Positions 20,787 through 29,706 of a DNA stretch of 64,000 nucleotides are shown piece by piece. The position numbers and the translations under genes were made by a program. This DNA comes from Spirochaetota bacterium (GTDB lineage: Bacteria > Spirochaetota > UBA4802 > JAFGDQ01): the NCBI GenBank assembly GCA_043803405.1, contig JAZDKB010000048.1, positions 1 to 64,000 of the forward strand, given 5' to 3'. The notes under the pieces are model-generated. The model was not told the DNA's origin, did no database searches, and was given only the letters and a program-made list of their open reading frames with translations. Positions within the stretch are counted from its first letter, which is position 1. Every line of letters starts with the position of its first letter.

Positions 20787-21336
20787 GGTGATGTCTCTCA
20801 TTATGCTCATATAATCTTAGCGATTTGTTTTTAATTATTCTTACACACACAGGTACAAGAAGCGGTACTGTTATAATCATAAGCAGCAATCCGGGGAATG
20901 ATTTAATTAAATGATATGCTGTGTAAATTTCCGGGCTTATCCCGAAGAGCGGTATTATCAGGAAATAATAACATGCTAAAATCAGACGGTCTATAATAAT
21001 TGCAGCTAATATTGAAATGACCGGCTTAATTTTAAAACGGTGTGTCATAAACGAAATGAAACAGCAAAATACTGTAAGCTGTAGCATCATCAGCGGGGCA
21101 ATAGGCGGATAAAACGGCGGCATCCCGGTAAGAACTGCGGATGCAAGCGGCGTAAAAAAGCCCGTTATTGCAGCATTCTTAAGCGTAAGCATATACGCTC
21201 CAAGCGCAAGCGGAATATACATTGGCATAAATACTGAACCAAGTCCTACCAGGTGAAACAGTATCGGGAACGTAACGCCCATAGCGGAAAATATTACCGC
21301 CAAAAGTATGTTGTTAATGTCTAATTTATCATGCAT
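20773..21336 (-). CDS. ECF transporter S component with His-rich C-tail
   Basis: PILFHLVGLGSVFMPMYIP, PLASAVLTGMPP, PGLLL; tail EHNERHHHEHD. Confidence 0.82.
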   Translation of the reverse strand: MHDKLDINNILLAVIFSAMGVTFPILFHLVGLGSVFMPMYIPLALGAYMLTLKNAAITGFFTPLASAVLTGMPPFYPPIAPLMMLQLTVFCCFISFMTHRFKIKPVISILAAIIIDRLILACYYFLIIPLFGISPEIYTAYHLIKSFPGLLLMIITVPLLVPVCVRIIKNKSLRLYEHNERHHHEHD

Positions 21337-21340
21337 TATA

Positions 21341-21367
21341 GTAACACAATAATATAATTCATAACAC
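21341..21367. promoter_or_regulatory. putative NikR operator GTAACAC-N13-ATAACAC
   Basis: TAGTAACACAATAATATAATTCATAACAC closely matches the site at 16606-16634; 4 bp from the ECF S start codon. Confidence 0.65.
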
Positions 21368-21435
21368 TGTAAAGCAAAAATTAATCCTTTTTAAAAAACT
21401 TGACACGGGATTATTGTCGTATTAACAATAAGAAG

Positions 21436-21627
21436 GCATCCCAAAATCCCCATTTATAGAATTATTTATTATTTTGTTAAATATTATCATAAATGGACAT
21501 AATAAATATTATTTTAATTTCCTGCGGAAATCGGCCTTCGGCCTCAGACAGTCCTCGAAAATTAAAATAATATTTGTTATGTCTGAAGATCTTTTATTGC
21601 GTTTCAGAGGTTTTGGGATGCACTCTA
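21436..21627. repeat. MITE-like element (GCATCCCAAAA / TTTTGGGATGC) enclosing copy 2 of the long hairpin (21496-21583)
   Basis: Terminal inverted repeats as at 5273; the same CTCTAAATAATA right flank; internal GGCCTTCGGCC hairpin. Confidence 0.8.
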
Positions 21628-21657
21628 AATAATATTAAAAATATAAGCGCTAATTAT

Positions 21658-22068
21658 ATGTTAAAACGTTTTTCTATATCACTGGAAGAAAATCTGCTGG
21701 AGAAGTTCGACAAATATATCCAGAAGAGAAAATATACGAACCGCTCCGAAGCTATCCGCGACCTGATAAGAGATGTCTTTGTAAAAGAGGAATGGGAAAC
21801 GGATAAGGAAGTTTTCGGCGTTATCTCGTTCATTTACGATCATCATCAGCCCAAAATACAGGAGAAGATCACCGAACTTCAGCACGATTTTTACGAGCAC
21901 ATTGTTTCTTCGACTCATGTTCACGTCGACCATCATAACTGTCTTGAAGTTGTAATTGTTTCCGGAAGGGCAAAGAACATACGAAGCCTTTACGAAATGA
22001 TCAGGGCGCTGCGTGGCATTAAGAACGCTTCACTGACAATGAGCAGTACCGGCAGCAGCCTTTCCTAG
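21658..22068 (+). CDS. nikR: nickel-responsive transcriptional regulator NikR
   Basis: RFSISL ribbon, YTNRSEAIRDLIR, YDHH, QHDF, HVHVDHHNCLEV; start moved to MLKRF. Confidence 0.96.
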   Translation: MLKRFSISLEENLLEKFDKYIQKRKYTNRSEAIRDLIRDVFVKEEWETDKEVFGVISFIYDHHQPKIQEKITELQHDFYEHIVSSTHVHVDHHNCLEVVIVSGRAKNIRSLYEMIRALRGIKNASLTMSSTGSSLS

Positions 22069-22156
22069 AAAGCATTAAATAATCAAAATATTTATTTTTA
22101 TTAAGACAATAAAAATCAACCTTGTTAAGTATATAAACTAATTCCGGAGTGTCAGT

Positions 22157-22954
22157 ATGTTTATATTTTTAAAAATCAAGCAAAATAAATTAATTAATTC
22201 ATGGTCAATTATTATAGTAATAACTATAAATTTTTTTTTCACAACCGGTATTTACGCTGCTCATCCACTTATAACTGAAGATACGGGAACGCAGGGCAAA
22301 GGTAAAATGCAGATTGAATTGAACGGTGAGCATAACAGAGACAAAGAGGATGGAGTCACAGAAAAAAACACACAAATTGCCGGGATTTTTACTTACGGTT
22401 TAACAGATAATCTTGATATTATTACCGGAATACCCTATTTATTTGCTTGTACGAGATCAGAAGGAGATACGACAAAAGAAAAAGGTATTTCTGATGCTTC
22501 TTTTGGGGTAAAGTGGAGATTTTACGAGGAAAAAAAATTTAGTTTTGCATTAAAACCTGAAGTCTCGCTGCCCGCAGGCGATCATGAAAAAGGTCTTGGA
22601 AGCGGCAAGCCCGGATATTCCGGATTTTTTGTTACTACTTTCAATTTCGAATTATTTTCATTTCATTTTCATACCGGATACATACGCAATGAAAATAAAC
22701 TGGAAGAAGAAAAAAACCTGTGGCATATTTCCGCAGCATGTGAATACCGCCTTTGGGAAAATCTGCGAATTATCGCGGATGCAGGGATTAATAAAAATAC
22801 CGATCCTGATGCCGATGAAAATCCGGCATTTATACTCGGAGGAATTATTTATTCGGTCAGGGAAAATATTGATCTGGATGCCGGCCTGAAATATGGATTA
22901 AATAAACCGGAAACCGATTATTCAATACTGGCCGGCATTGCAATTAGAATTTAA
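22157..22954 (+). CDS. outer-membrane beta-barrel 'transporter' family protein
   Basis: AAHPLITEDTGTQGKG, GISDASFGVKWRF, LPAGDHEKGLGSG, C-terminal amphipathic strand. Confidence 0.75.
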   Translation: MFIFLKIKQNKLINSWSIIIVITINFFFTTGIYAAHPLITEDTGTQGKGKMQIELNGEHNRDKEDGVTEKNTQIAGIFTYGLTDNLDIITGIPYLFACTRSEGDTTKEKGISDASFGVKWRFYEEKKFSFALKPEVSLPAGDHEKGLGSGKPGYSGFFVTTFNFELFSFHFHTGYIRNENKLEEEKNLWHISAACEYRLWENLRIIADAGINKNTDPDADENPAFILGGIIYSVRENIDLDAGLKYGLNKPETDYSILAGIAIRI

Positions 22955-23015
22955 TTTCAGCAATCACCATCGCCGGATTCATCAGATTCGGAACTGCCGG
23001 ATTAAATCTCTTTAT

Positions 23016-23127
23016 TAGACTTGTTGCATATCTTAAATGTAATTTCTACCGAAGGTAGAAATTACATGCTAATTGAGAGATTTCTCGTCACTTTGTTCCT
23101 CGAAATGACAGTTTCGCAATAACTCTA
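23016..23127. repeat. REP/MITE-like palindromic element with a 14-bp perfect hairpin and GAA loop
   Basis: ATGTAATTTCTACC-GAA-GGTAGAAATTACAT (23037-23067), then GAGATTTCTCGTC...CTCGAAATGACA; outer TAGACTTGTTGC / GCAATAACTCTA. Confidence 0.7.
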
Positions 23128-23187
23128 TTATTCAGCATCAGTTTTTATATGGTTTCGTGCAATGGAGAAATAATTTTAAAAGCGAAC

Positions 23188-24156
23188 TTATATGTCTTCA
23201 TCTTCCCATTCGGACTGCGGACGGTCTGATATTACCCAGCGTTTGGCCTCCCAGTTGATATAAGGCATCTGTATATAGTTGAAAAATGACTGCATTGTAG
23301 ATGAAGTATAACCGGTCGGTAGAATATCCCCGAACGCGATAGATAAGTTAATTGAAAGACCGATGTAATAATTTCTAGTTCTGCTGTCAAATCCCCGCGC
23401 AGGCCTGTAGCCGCGTACATAATATCCTGCATCAAAGTTTATGTATCTGAGAGGCGTGAGCGATATATATGGAATGCCTCCGAGTTTTGTTGTGAGCATG
23501 AATTTCGATCCGCTGTAATCGGTGAAAATATCGTGATGATCCATAAGATCGAACTTTTTTCTCATTGCTTTGCTCGGGAAATATTCCCATCTGAGAGTAA
23601 ATATACGGTCAAGAAAAGGCGAGTAATCCAGGATTACGCCCGCAAGTATACCGATCTGGTTTGCCAGAATGTCCCACGGGTCAAATCCGTAATTCGGACC
23701 GAAACCGTCGCCTATTTCGCCAGCGGTTGTAATGATTTCCGTTAGCAGGGCGCCTTCCAGATTTGCCTTGCCTGCGGATGATCCGCTCGCTTTAAACATA
23801 AACGTAGTGAGCCTTTTCATCGCGTAGTTTCCGTAAAGGTGACCCAGCTTGTCTACACCGCCGTTTATCGCGTGCGCGCCGAACGGGTTCTCCGACTTAA
23901 TTTTGAAATCGGCAGAGTTCCATCCCCATGTGCCGAGCCCGTACCCGATCATAAACAGCGGGCCGAAAGCATAAAGGCCGTATCTCACATAAGGCGCTTT
24001 ATTATCTTCGAATTGAAAATTATCGTAAAGATTTGCAGGGAGTTTAACTTTTTCACTGGTATTTATAATGCTGTTGTTTTCAGTGGCCTGCTCCTGAGCA
24101 TTGATATATGAAGGAAATAAAATTAAAATAATTAATATGAAAATACGGATTTTCAT
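23188..24156 (-). CDS. DUF2279/YfiM-like exported membrane protein
   Basis: Signal peptide, GGVDKLGH, EIGDG...GFDPWDILAN..G, DYSG. Confidence 0.7.
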   Translation of the reverse strand: MKIRIFILIILILFPSYINAQEQATENNSIINTSEKVKLPANLYDNFQFEDNKAPYVRYGLYAFGPLFMIGYGLGTWGWNSADFKIKSENPFGAHAINGGVDKLGHLYGNYAMKRLTTFMFKASGSSAGKANLEGALLTEIITTAGEIGDGFGPNYGFDPWDILANQIGILAGVILDYSPFLDRIFTLRWEYFPSKAMRKKFDLMDHHDIFTDYSGSKFMLTTKLGGIPYISLTPLRYINFDAGYYVRGYRPARGFDSRTRNYYIGLSINLSIAFGDILPTGYTSSTMQSFFNYIQMPYINWEAKRWVISDRPQSEWEDEDI

Positions 24157-24269
24157 TGCAGCCTCAATAACAAGTTTTAACCTATTTATTTTTATTCTAC
24201 AGAACCAGATAATCAACAGTGATAATTGTCAAACGGTTTTTATGTCAACGCCTTGAAACATAATACCTT

Positions 24270-24331
24270 TGCTTTCGCGTCGGCTGACGCCGAAGGCAGA
24301 AGCCGGTGTGAAAGCACCGGGTGCTTGCCCG
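24270..24331 (+). other. GC-rich structured element (16-bp stem with 3 G-T/U pairs, inner GCC-GAA-GGC hairpin, second hairpin)
   Basis: TGCTTTCGCGTCGGCT pairs with AGCCGGTGTGAAAGCA on the + strand; then CGGGT-GCTT-GCCCG. Confidence 0.65.
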
Positions 24332-24394
24332 AGGGATTTTATTATTGACACATATCGAAAAAAATAATCAATATTTAACCCGGATTTTTAATCT

Positions 24395-25273
24395 ATGAAA
24401 AAAAAATTCATTATAAATATTTTATCGATAATATTGTATTTAATCACCGGCTGCGGAAACAAATACGATGCTGAAACCGGCTCAATTGCAGACAGCAGTT
24501 CAGTTAAGAATCCCGCAAGGATAATTTCTCTTTCGCCTGCCGTAACCGAGGAACTGTACCTTCTGGACGCAGGCAATCTTCTGGTCGCTAATACTTTTTA
24601 CTGCAACAGGCCGCCCGATGCAAGGAAAAAGAAGAAGATAGGGAATATGAACGATTTTGATGTTGAAACAGCCCTGCGGCTTAAACCCGACCTGATATTT
24701 TGCACAGACCTTGCAGATAAAAAGAAGATAAGAAAGCTTAAGCAGCTAGGAATCACTATAATGGAATTTTTAACTCCGGAAAAGTTCACGGATATTTGCA
24801 CGGATTTTCTAAGGATAGGGAAGGCGATAAATAAAACGGAAAAAGCCGAAGCAATAATTTATGCTGTTAAAGCAGATATCGCCAGCAAAAAAGAAAAAAC
24901 GCAAAGCCTTCCAAAGAAAAAAGTGTTTATCCAGATAGGAACAAAGCCCCTTTTTACAATAGACCGGCATTATTTTATCAATGACTATATAGAGTCAGGC
25001 GGAGGGGTAAGTATTAGCAAAAAAGCGGCATCCGGCCTTTTCAGCAGGGAAAGCGTTGTTGCTGCAAACCCGGACGTAATTATAATTACCGCTATGGGTA
25101 TAGCGAGCATAGAAGAAAAAGAGATATGGAAAAGATACCCGACAATAAACGCAGTTAAAAACAACGATATACATATTGTCGATCCTGATGTATTCTGCAA
25201 TCATACTGTAAGCGCGTTTGCAGAATCTTTAAAACAGATTATTGCTATTCTTCATCCGGAAATTAAATTATGA
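24395..25273 (+). CDS. cobalamin/iron-siderophore ABC transporter substrate-binding lipoprotein (BtuF-like)
   Basis: Lipobox LITGC, RIISLSPAVTEELY, LKPDLI, SRESVVAANPDVII. Confidence 0.85.
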   Translation: MKKKFIINILSIILYLITGCGNKYDAETGSIADSSSVKNPARIISLSPAVTEELYLLDAGNLLVANTFYCNRPPDARKKKKIGNMNDFDVETALRLKPDLIFCTDLADKKKIRKLKQLGITIMEFLTPEKFTDICTDFLRIGKAINKTEKAEAIIYAVKADIASKKEKTQSLPKKKVFIQIGTKPLFTIDRHYFINDYIESGGGVSISKKAASGLFSRESVVAANPDVIIITAMGIASIEEKEIWKRYPTINAVKNNDIHIVDPDVFCNHTVSAFAESLKQIIAILHPEIKL

Positions 25274-26271
25274 ATAAACGGATACTTATTTTTGTTTTCC
25301 TGTTCTGTTTGCTGATCTTTGTTTCATTGCTTTCTCTTTTTACCGGATCATCGGAAATGAGCATTCATCAGATATTGTCTGCTGTAAGAGAAGGAAAGGG
25401 CAGCTCCGATTACAGTATAATATTCGACATCCGTTTGCCGAGAATACTGATGGGATTCGCGGTCGGCGGCTCCCTGAGCCTTGCAGGCGCTATACTCCAG
25501 GGCATGTTCCGCAACCCGCTGGTTGAACCTTACACACTGGGGCTTTCGGGAGGTTCTCTGCTTGGCGTTTGCCTTGGTATACTTTTCGGCATTAACAGAA
25601 TTTTCGGGATAATATCATTGCCTTTATGCGGGTTTGCGGGGGCATTTGTCATTATACTGCTGATATATTTTTTAAGCATGAAGAAAGGCATAATTCAGAT
25701 AAACGGACTTTTGCTTACAGGAGTAATGATAAGCTACATATCGTCTTCCGCGCTCATGCTTATAATGGCAATCGCAAAGACCGAAGACCTGCGCGGGATC
25801 GTGTTCTGGATGATGGGGTCGCTGGAGGAATCGAACTGGAGCCTTATTAAGCTCGCGCTTTCAGTATCGGTTGCCGGTTTGCTGGCGTCATATTACTTCT
25901 GCCTCAGCCTTAACGCGCTTTCTCTTGGGGAAGAGGAGGCGATGCATCTGGGCGTTAATGTGGAGAGAGTCAAGCGAATTCTTTTTGTTGTTGCGTCGGT
26001 GCTGACCGGCGTATGCGTGTCTGTCGCAGGCCTTATCGGATTTGTAGGCCTTATTGTCCCGCACCTGCTGCGAATGCTTACGGGCGGAGACCACAGACTG
26101 CTTCTCGCAGGTTCGTTCCTGTTCGGCGCGTCTTTCCTGATATTCTGCGACATGCTCGCGAGGTCCATTGCTGCTCCGATGGAGCTGCCTGTAGGCGTTA
26201 TCACCGGTATTGTCGGCGGCGGCTTCTTCGTTTACGCTATGAGCAGGAGGAGCAGGCGATGGAAGATATAA
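25270..26271 (+). CDS. FecCD/BtuC family ABC permease
   Basis: IRLPRI, FRNPLVEPY, GFVGLIVPH, ELPVGVITG. Confidence 0.92.
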   Translation: MNKRILIFVFLFCLLIFVSLLSLFTGSSEMSIHQILSAVREGKGSSDYSIIFDIRLPRILMGFAVGGSLSLAGAILQGMFRNPLVEPYTLGLSGGSLLGVCLGILFGINRIFGIISLPLCGFAGAFVIILLIYFLSMKKGIIQINGLLLTGVMISYISSSALMLIMAIAKTEDLRGIVFWMMGSLEESNWSLIKLALSVSVAGLLASYYFCLSLNALSLGEEEAMHLGVNVERVKRILFVVASVLTGVCVSVAGLIGFVGLIVPHLLRMLTGGDHRLLLAGSFLFGASFLIFCDMLARSIAAPMELPVGVITGIVGGGFFVYAMSRRSRRWKI

Positions 26272-27062
26272 TGCTGAAAGCTGTAAATGTGAATGCGGGA
26301 TATGGCAAAAAAGAAGTGCTGCGCAATATCAGTTTTGAGATAAAAAAAGGAGAACTGGCCGGCATTATAGGCCCGAACGGTTCAGGGAAAACAACGCTCC
26401 TTAAAATCATCACCCGCCTTTTAAAGCCATGGGAAGGCCGGTTACTCCTTACCGGCAAAGATATTGCTGGAATGGATTTCCGTGAGATCGCCAGGATTAC
26501 TGCCGTTGTTTCGCAGAGTGCGGAAACCGGATGGATGAGTGTTGAAGAATATATCATGCTTGGACGAATGCCGTATTTCGGCAAGTTCCAGTTTTTTGAA
26601 AATAATAATGACAGGGATATAGTCTGCAGGTACATGAAGCTTACGGGCATTAATGCGCTTAAGGATAAATCCATGGCGGAGATAAGCGGAGGCGAGAGGC
26701 AGCTTGCGTTCATCACTAGGGCGCTGGCGCAGGAGCCGCGCCTTCTTTTGCTCGATGAGCCGACTTCGTACCTGGACATTACCCACCAGATAAGTATCAT
26801 GGATCTGATACGCCGTCTTAACAAAGATTTGGGCATTACGGTAATCATGATCCTGCACGACCTTAACCTTGCAAGCGAGTACTGCGGGAAACTGATACTG
26901 CTGAATGACGGGGAGATATACAAGGCCGGGAGCCCTCAGGAAGTTCTGACATATTCAGCTATTGAGGAAGTATATAAAACAATAGTGGTTGTGGAAAAGA
27001 ACCCGCTATCAAAAAAGCCGTTCATACTTCTTGTATCGGAGGAAGAAAGAGGGAAAGTATAG
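26259..27062 (+). CDS. BtuD/FhuC family ABC ATPase
   Basis: GPNGSGKTT, ISGGERQ, LLDEPTSYLD, LHDLNLA; start MEDIM after GGAGGAG. Confidence 0.92.
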   Translation: MEDIMLKAVNVNAGYGKKEVLRNISFEIKKGELAGIIGPNGSGKTTLLKIITRLLKPWEGRLLLTGKDIAGMDFREIARITAVVSQSAETGWMSVEEYIMLGRMPYFGKFQFFENNNDRDIVCRYMKLTGINALKDKSMAEISGGERQLAFITRALAQEPRLLLLDEPTSYLDITHQISIMDLIRRLNKDLGITVIMILHDLNLASEYCGKLILLNDGEIYKAGSPQEVLTYSAIEEVYKTIVVVEKNPLSKKPFILLVSEEERGKV

Positions 27063-27079
27063 TTTGAGTCTATTTTGCT

Positions 27080-27122
27080 AAGAGTGCCTTCCAAAACTTA
27101 TTGTCTCGATAAAATACATAGT
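27080..27122. repeat. degenerate inverted copy of the 5273 element
   Basis: AGAGTGCCTTCCAAAAC-TTATTGTCTCGATA matches the reverse complement of 5299-5346. Confidence 0.55.
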
Positions 27123-27146
27123 ATTATATAGTTTTTAGTCTGGTAG

Positions 27147-27812
27147 TTATACAAACACGGTCGGTTTTTTATTGTGCGCTTCTTCGACGCGCTTTAGAAA
27201 GTCCTCGCGCGGGATGTAAACGCCGCCGAAGCTTTTCGTAAGCTCTGTAAGCATCTGCACGTCAATCCATGTAAGGCCGATCGCGCTTAAACGCTCTATC
27301 AGGTACCACAGGCAGAGCTTTGATCTGTTCGGCTTTCTGTAAAACATGCTTTCTCCGCTGAATACGTTGCCAACGAATACTCCGTATATCCCGCCTGTGA
27401 GTTCGCCGTCTTCCCATGCTTCCACGCTGTGCGCGTATCCTGAAAGATGAAGATTAGTGTATGCCTTTACCATGGACGGCAATATCCATGTGCCCCTCTG
27501 GCCGGGGCGCTTCTGATGCCGGCAGGCTTTAATAACCTCGTTGAACGCTGTGTTAATCCTGAATTCGCCCTTCCATGATTTCCTGAATCTGCGGAGCCTT
27601 TGAGGAATATGAATGCCGGAAAATTCGATTATGCCGCGAAGGGAAGGGCAGAACCAGAGTATAGGAAGCCCTTCCTGCGGCCATGGGAATATGCCGTGAT
27701 AATACGAATCGACCAGGGTTTCGGGTCCAAGATTTCCGCCTATGCACAGAAGCCCATCCTGGTCCGACATATCCGGATCCGGAAAAACAGAATGCTTAAT
27801 TTTATCAATCAT
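27147..27812 (-). CDS. aat: leucyl/phenylalanyl-tRNA--protein transferase
   Basis: FPDP, GLLCIGG, YYHGIFPW, TWI, GYAHSVEAW, GESMF. Confidence 0.95.
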   Translation of the reverse strand: MIDKIKHSVFPDPDMSDQDGLLCIGGNLGPETLVDSYYHGIFPWPQEGLPILWFCPSLRGIIEFSGIHIPQRLRRFRKSWKGEFRINTAFNEVIKACRHQKRPGQRGTWILPSMVKAYTNLHLSGYAHSVEAWEDGELTGGIYGVFVGNVFSGESMFYRKPNRSKLCLWYLIERLSAIGLTWIDVQMLTELTKSFGGVYIPREDFLKRVEEAHNKKPTVFV

Positions 27813-27838
27813 GAGAAAAATAACTGAATAAAAACATA

Positions 27839-28645
27839 TTACCTGACGATTTTCAGTTTTCCGTTAATCATCCCTACATAAACAGCAAGATCAAATGTTG
27901 AACCGTCGGAAGATTTTGCCTGTATAAGTTCTTCCTTGCCGTTAAAAATGTGCCATATCCTTTTGGTCGGGCCTACTGCTACAGCCCGCAGCGAAGCTGG
28001 GTTCAGCTTGTTTAGTTTCGCTCTGAAAAGCTCTTCAGTAAGAAACCTTCTAAGTTCGCTTTTCATGTCCACTCCGCCAAATGCCTTTGAGTAATCAATT
28101 ACTTTTATCTCGGACTCCCGTAATATTGATTCGGTGTCCTTTTTAGCGAACATAGCATATAGTTTTTGCGCATAAGCATAAACATCTTTTTCATTAGCTC
28201 TTCCTGCATCGCTTAAATGCTTTTTGAAATCCAGAATGGATTTGAATTTCTTCGCAGATGTTGCTTTGCCGTCAGCGCCAAAGTCCTTGTTCTTTAGCTC
28301 GATCGAGATGAGCTTGCCTTTGTCCGTAGTTGATACTGTTGCTCCGCGTTCCATTTCAGAAACTCCGAAGGAGAATTCCGACGGCTTTGAAGGATTGGCT
28401 TTCTTTATATCTGCTTTGATTTCATTATCCCCTATGAGCCATGGATTAAGCGCAGCGCTGCCGTTACCGGTCTTTCCGTCAAATTCGGTTATAACAAATC
28501 CGTTTACAAGGAGTTGGCCTGTCACATTCTCTGTCTGATATGTCATCTGGTAAAATATCGTTTTTTCCTGCATGGCAACCATACCTCCGCTTAAAAGCAT
28601 CAGAAAAGCTGTAATTATCATACAACCCAAAAAAACTTTTTTCAT
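27839..28645 (-). CDS. hypothetical exported protein
   Basis: 268-aa ORF, signal-like N-terminus, GAGG RBS. Confidence 0.6.
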   Translation of the reverse strand: MKKVFLGCMIITAFLMLLSGGMVAMQEKTIFYQMTYQTENVTGQLLVNGFVITEFDGKTGNGSAALNPWLIGDNEIKADIKKANPSKPSEFSFGVSEMERGATVSTTDKGKLISIELKNKDFGADGKATSAKKFKSILDFKKHLSDAGRANEKDVYAYAQKLYAMFAKKDTESILRESEIKVIDYSKAFGGVDMKSELRRFLTEELFRAKLNKLNPASLRAVAVGPTKRIWHIFNGKEELIQAKSSDGSTFDLAVYVGMINGKLKIVR

Positions 28646-28769
28646 TTTTTTTCCTCTTCTTGAAATAATTTTTATAAAGATTAAAACAAATCAAATTAAT
28701 TATTGTCTCAAAATATTTATAATTATTGGATTTAAGAATATTGAAGGATATTAAAAGTCAATTGCATTT

Positions 28770-29627
28770 TTAGTAGTCACCGGCTGCCTGGAGTTCGCGC
28801 TGAAGGATCTTCTTTACTTCTGCGGACGCCCAGAAATCCCAATTGTGCGATTTGCCTTTCCCGATATCTTTCATGAATTCGGTTTTATTTGAAGTTTTAA
28901 TGCGCGATGCCAAGGCTGCCTGCTGCCTGTAAATTGACAGTTCTTCGCTCAGCAAAATTATTCTGCATTTGATCGCCGGGAATATTGTTACAGGCTGCTC
29001 AATTTCCCATCCCGCGGGAGAGGCGTATTCCTTAAGATGAATTTTATACTCGCCCGAATCCGCGGCAAGAGTGCTGTAATCGTATGTACCGGATATGCAT
29101 ATAAGTGACTTTAGTTTTGAGATAAGCGGAGCGAATTTTACTGCGCCTTCTGCCCCGGATGAAATGCCGGATAATATTACAGGAAGAGCGCCGTGCAGTT
29201 TGACAAGTTTGTCATATATGCCGAGGTATATCCGAAGCTCGGACAACCCGTTGTCGGGATTGTACACGTACAGGCTTGTGCCGGAATCGACAATAACAAC
29301 AAGTGCATTGTGCCATGACGAAAGTTCTTTTAATCCCATATTTTTTATTAGAATTTCAGGGGATTGTTTGTAGGGATCTCCTTCAGGTTTGTATCCGTGA
29401 AAAAGCCACAGCATAATTTCCGGCTTGTCGGGAACTATCATATACAAATCCCTTGATGTACGTACAGCTCCTTTCCTTACAGATACTGCATATTTTTCGC
29501 CTGCGGATTTTGTTATAGTAAGCGAGTTAAGACTGCCCCAGCTCTTCTTTAGAGCGTTGAAGTCCGGGGCGTCTTTTGCAAATGCGGGGATAGCGAATAA
29601 TATAATAGCGAGAATAATCCTTTTCAT
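28770..29627 (-). CDS. exported alpha/beta-hydrolase (esterase-like)
   Basis: Signal peptide, LFHG, GISSG nucleophile elbow, SHNWDFW. Confidence 0.65.
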   Translation of the reverse strand: MKRIILAIILFAIPAFAKDAPDFNALKKSWGSLNSLTITKSAGEKYAVSVRKGAVRTSRDLYMIVPDKPEIMLWLFHGYKPEGDPYKQSPEILIKNMGLKELSSWHNALVVIVDSGTSLYVYNPDNGLSELRIYLGIYDKLVKLHGALPVILSGISSGAEGAVKFAPLISKLKSLICISGTYDYSTLAADSGEYKIHLKEYASPAGWEIEQPVTIFPAIKCRIILLSEELSIYRQQAALASRIKTSNKTEFMKDIGKGKSHNWDFWASAEVKKILQRELQAAGDY

Positions 29628-29706
29628 GTTTTATCCTTATCCTGAAAAATTATTTGTTTATGCTCAACTTCTCAGTATGGCATCTGTGGTTAATTCTTTG
29701 ATTCGC

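Noticed and set aside
24230..24394. Cobalamin riboswitch upstream of btuFCD-like genes
   Set aside because: No GGGAA..GGTG.AA.TCC, ACTGT, GGGAAG or B12-box motifs; kept as an unclassified structure
26013..26258. N-terminal extensions in the ORF track (ABC ATPase; also typA, yitJ-like, nikR, P83/100, glnA, porA)
   Set aside because: They overlap upstream genes, repeats or promoters; downstream starts fit RBS position and family N-termini better
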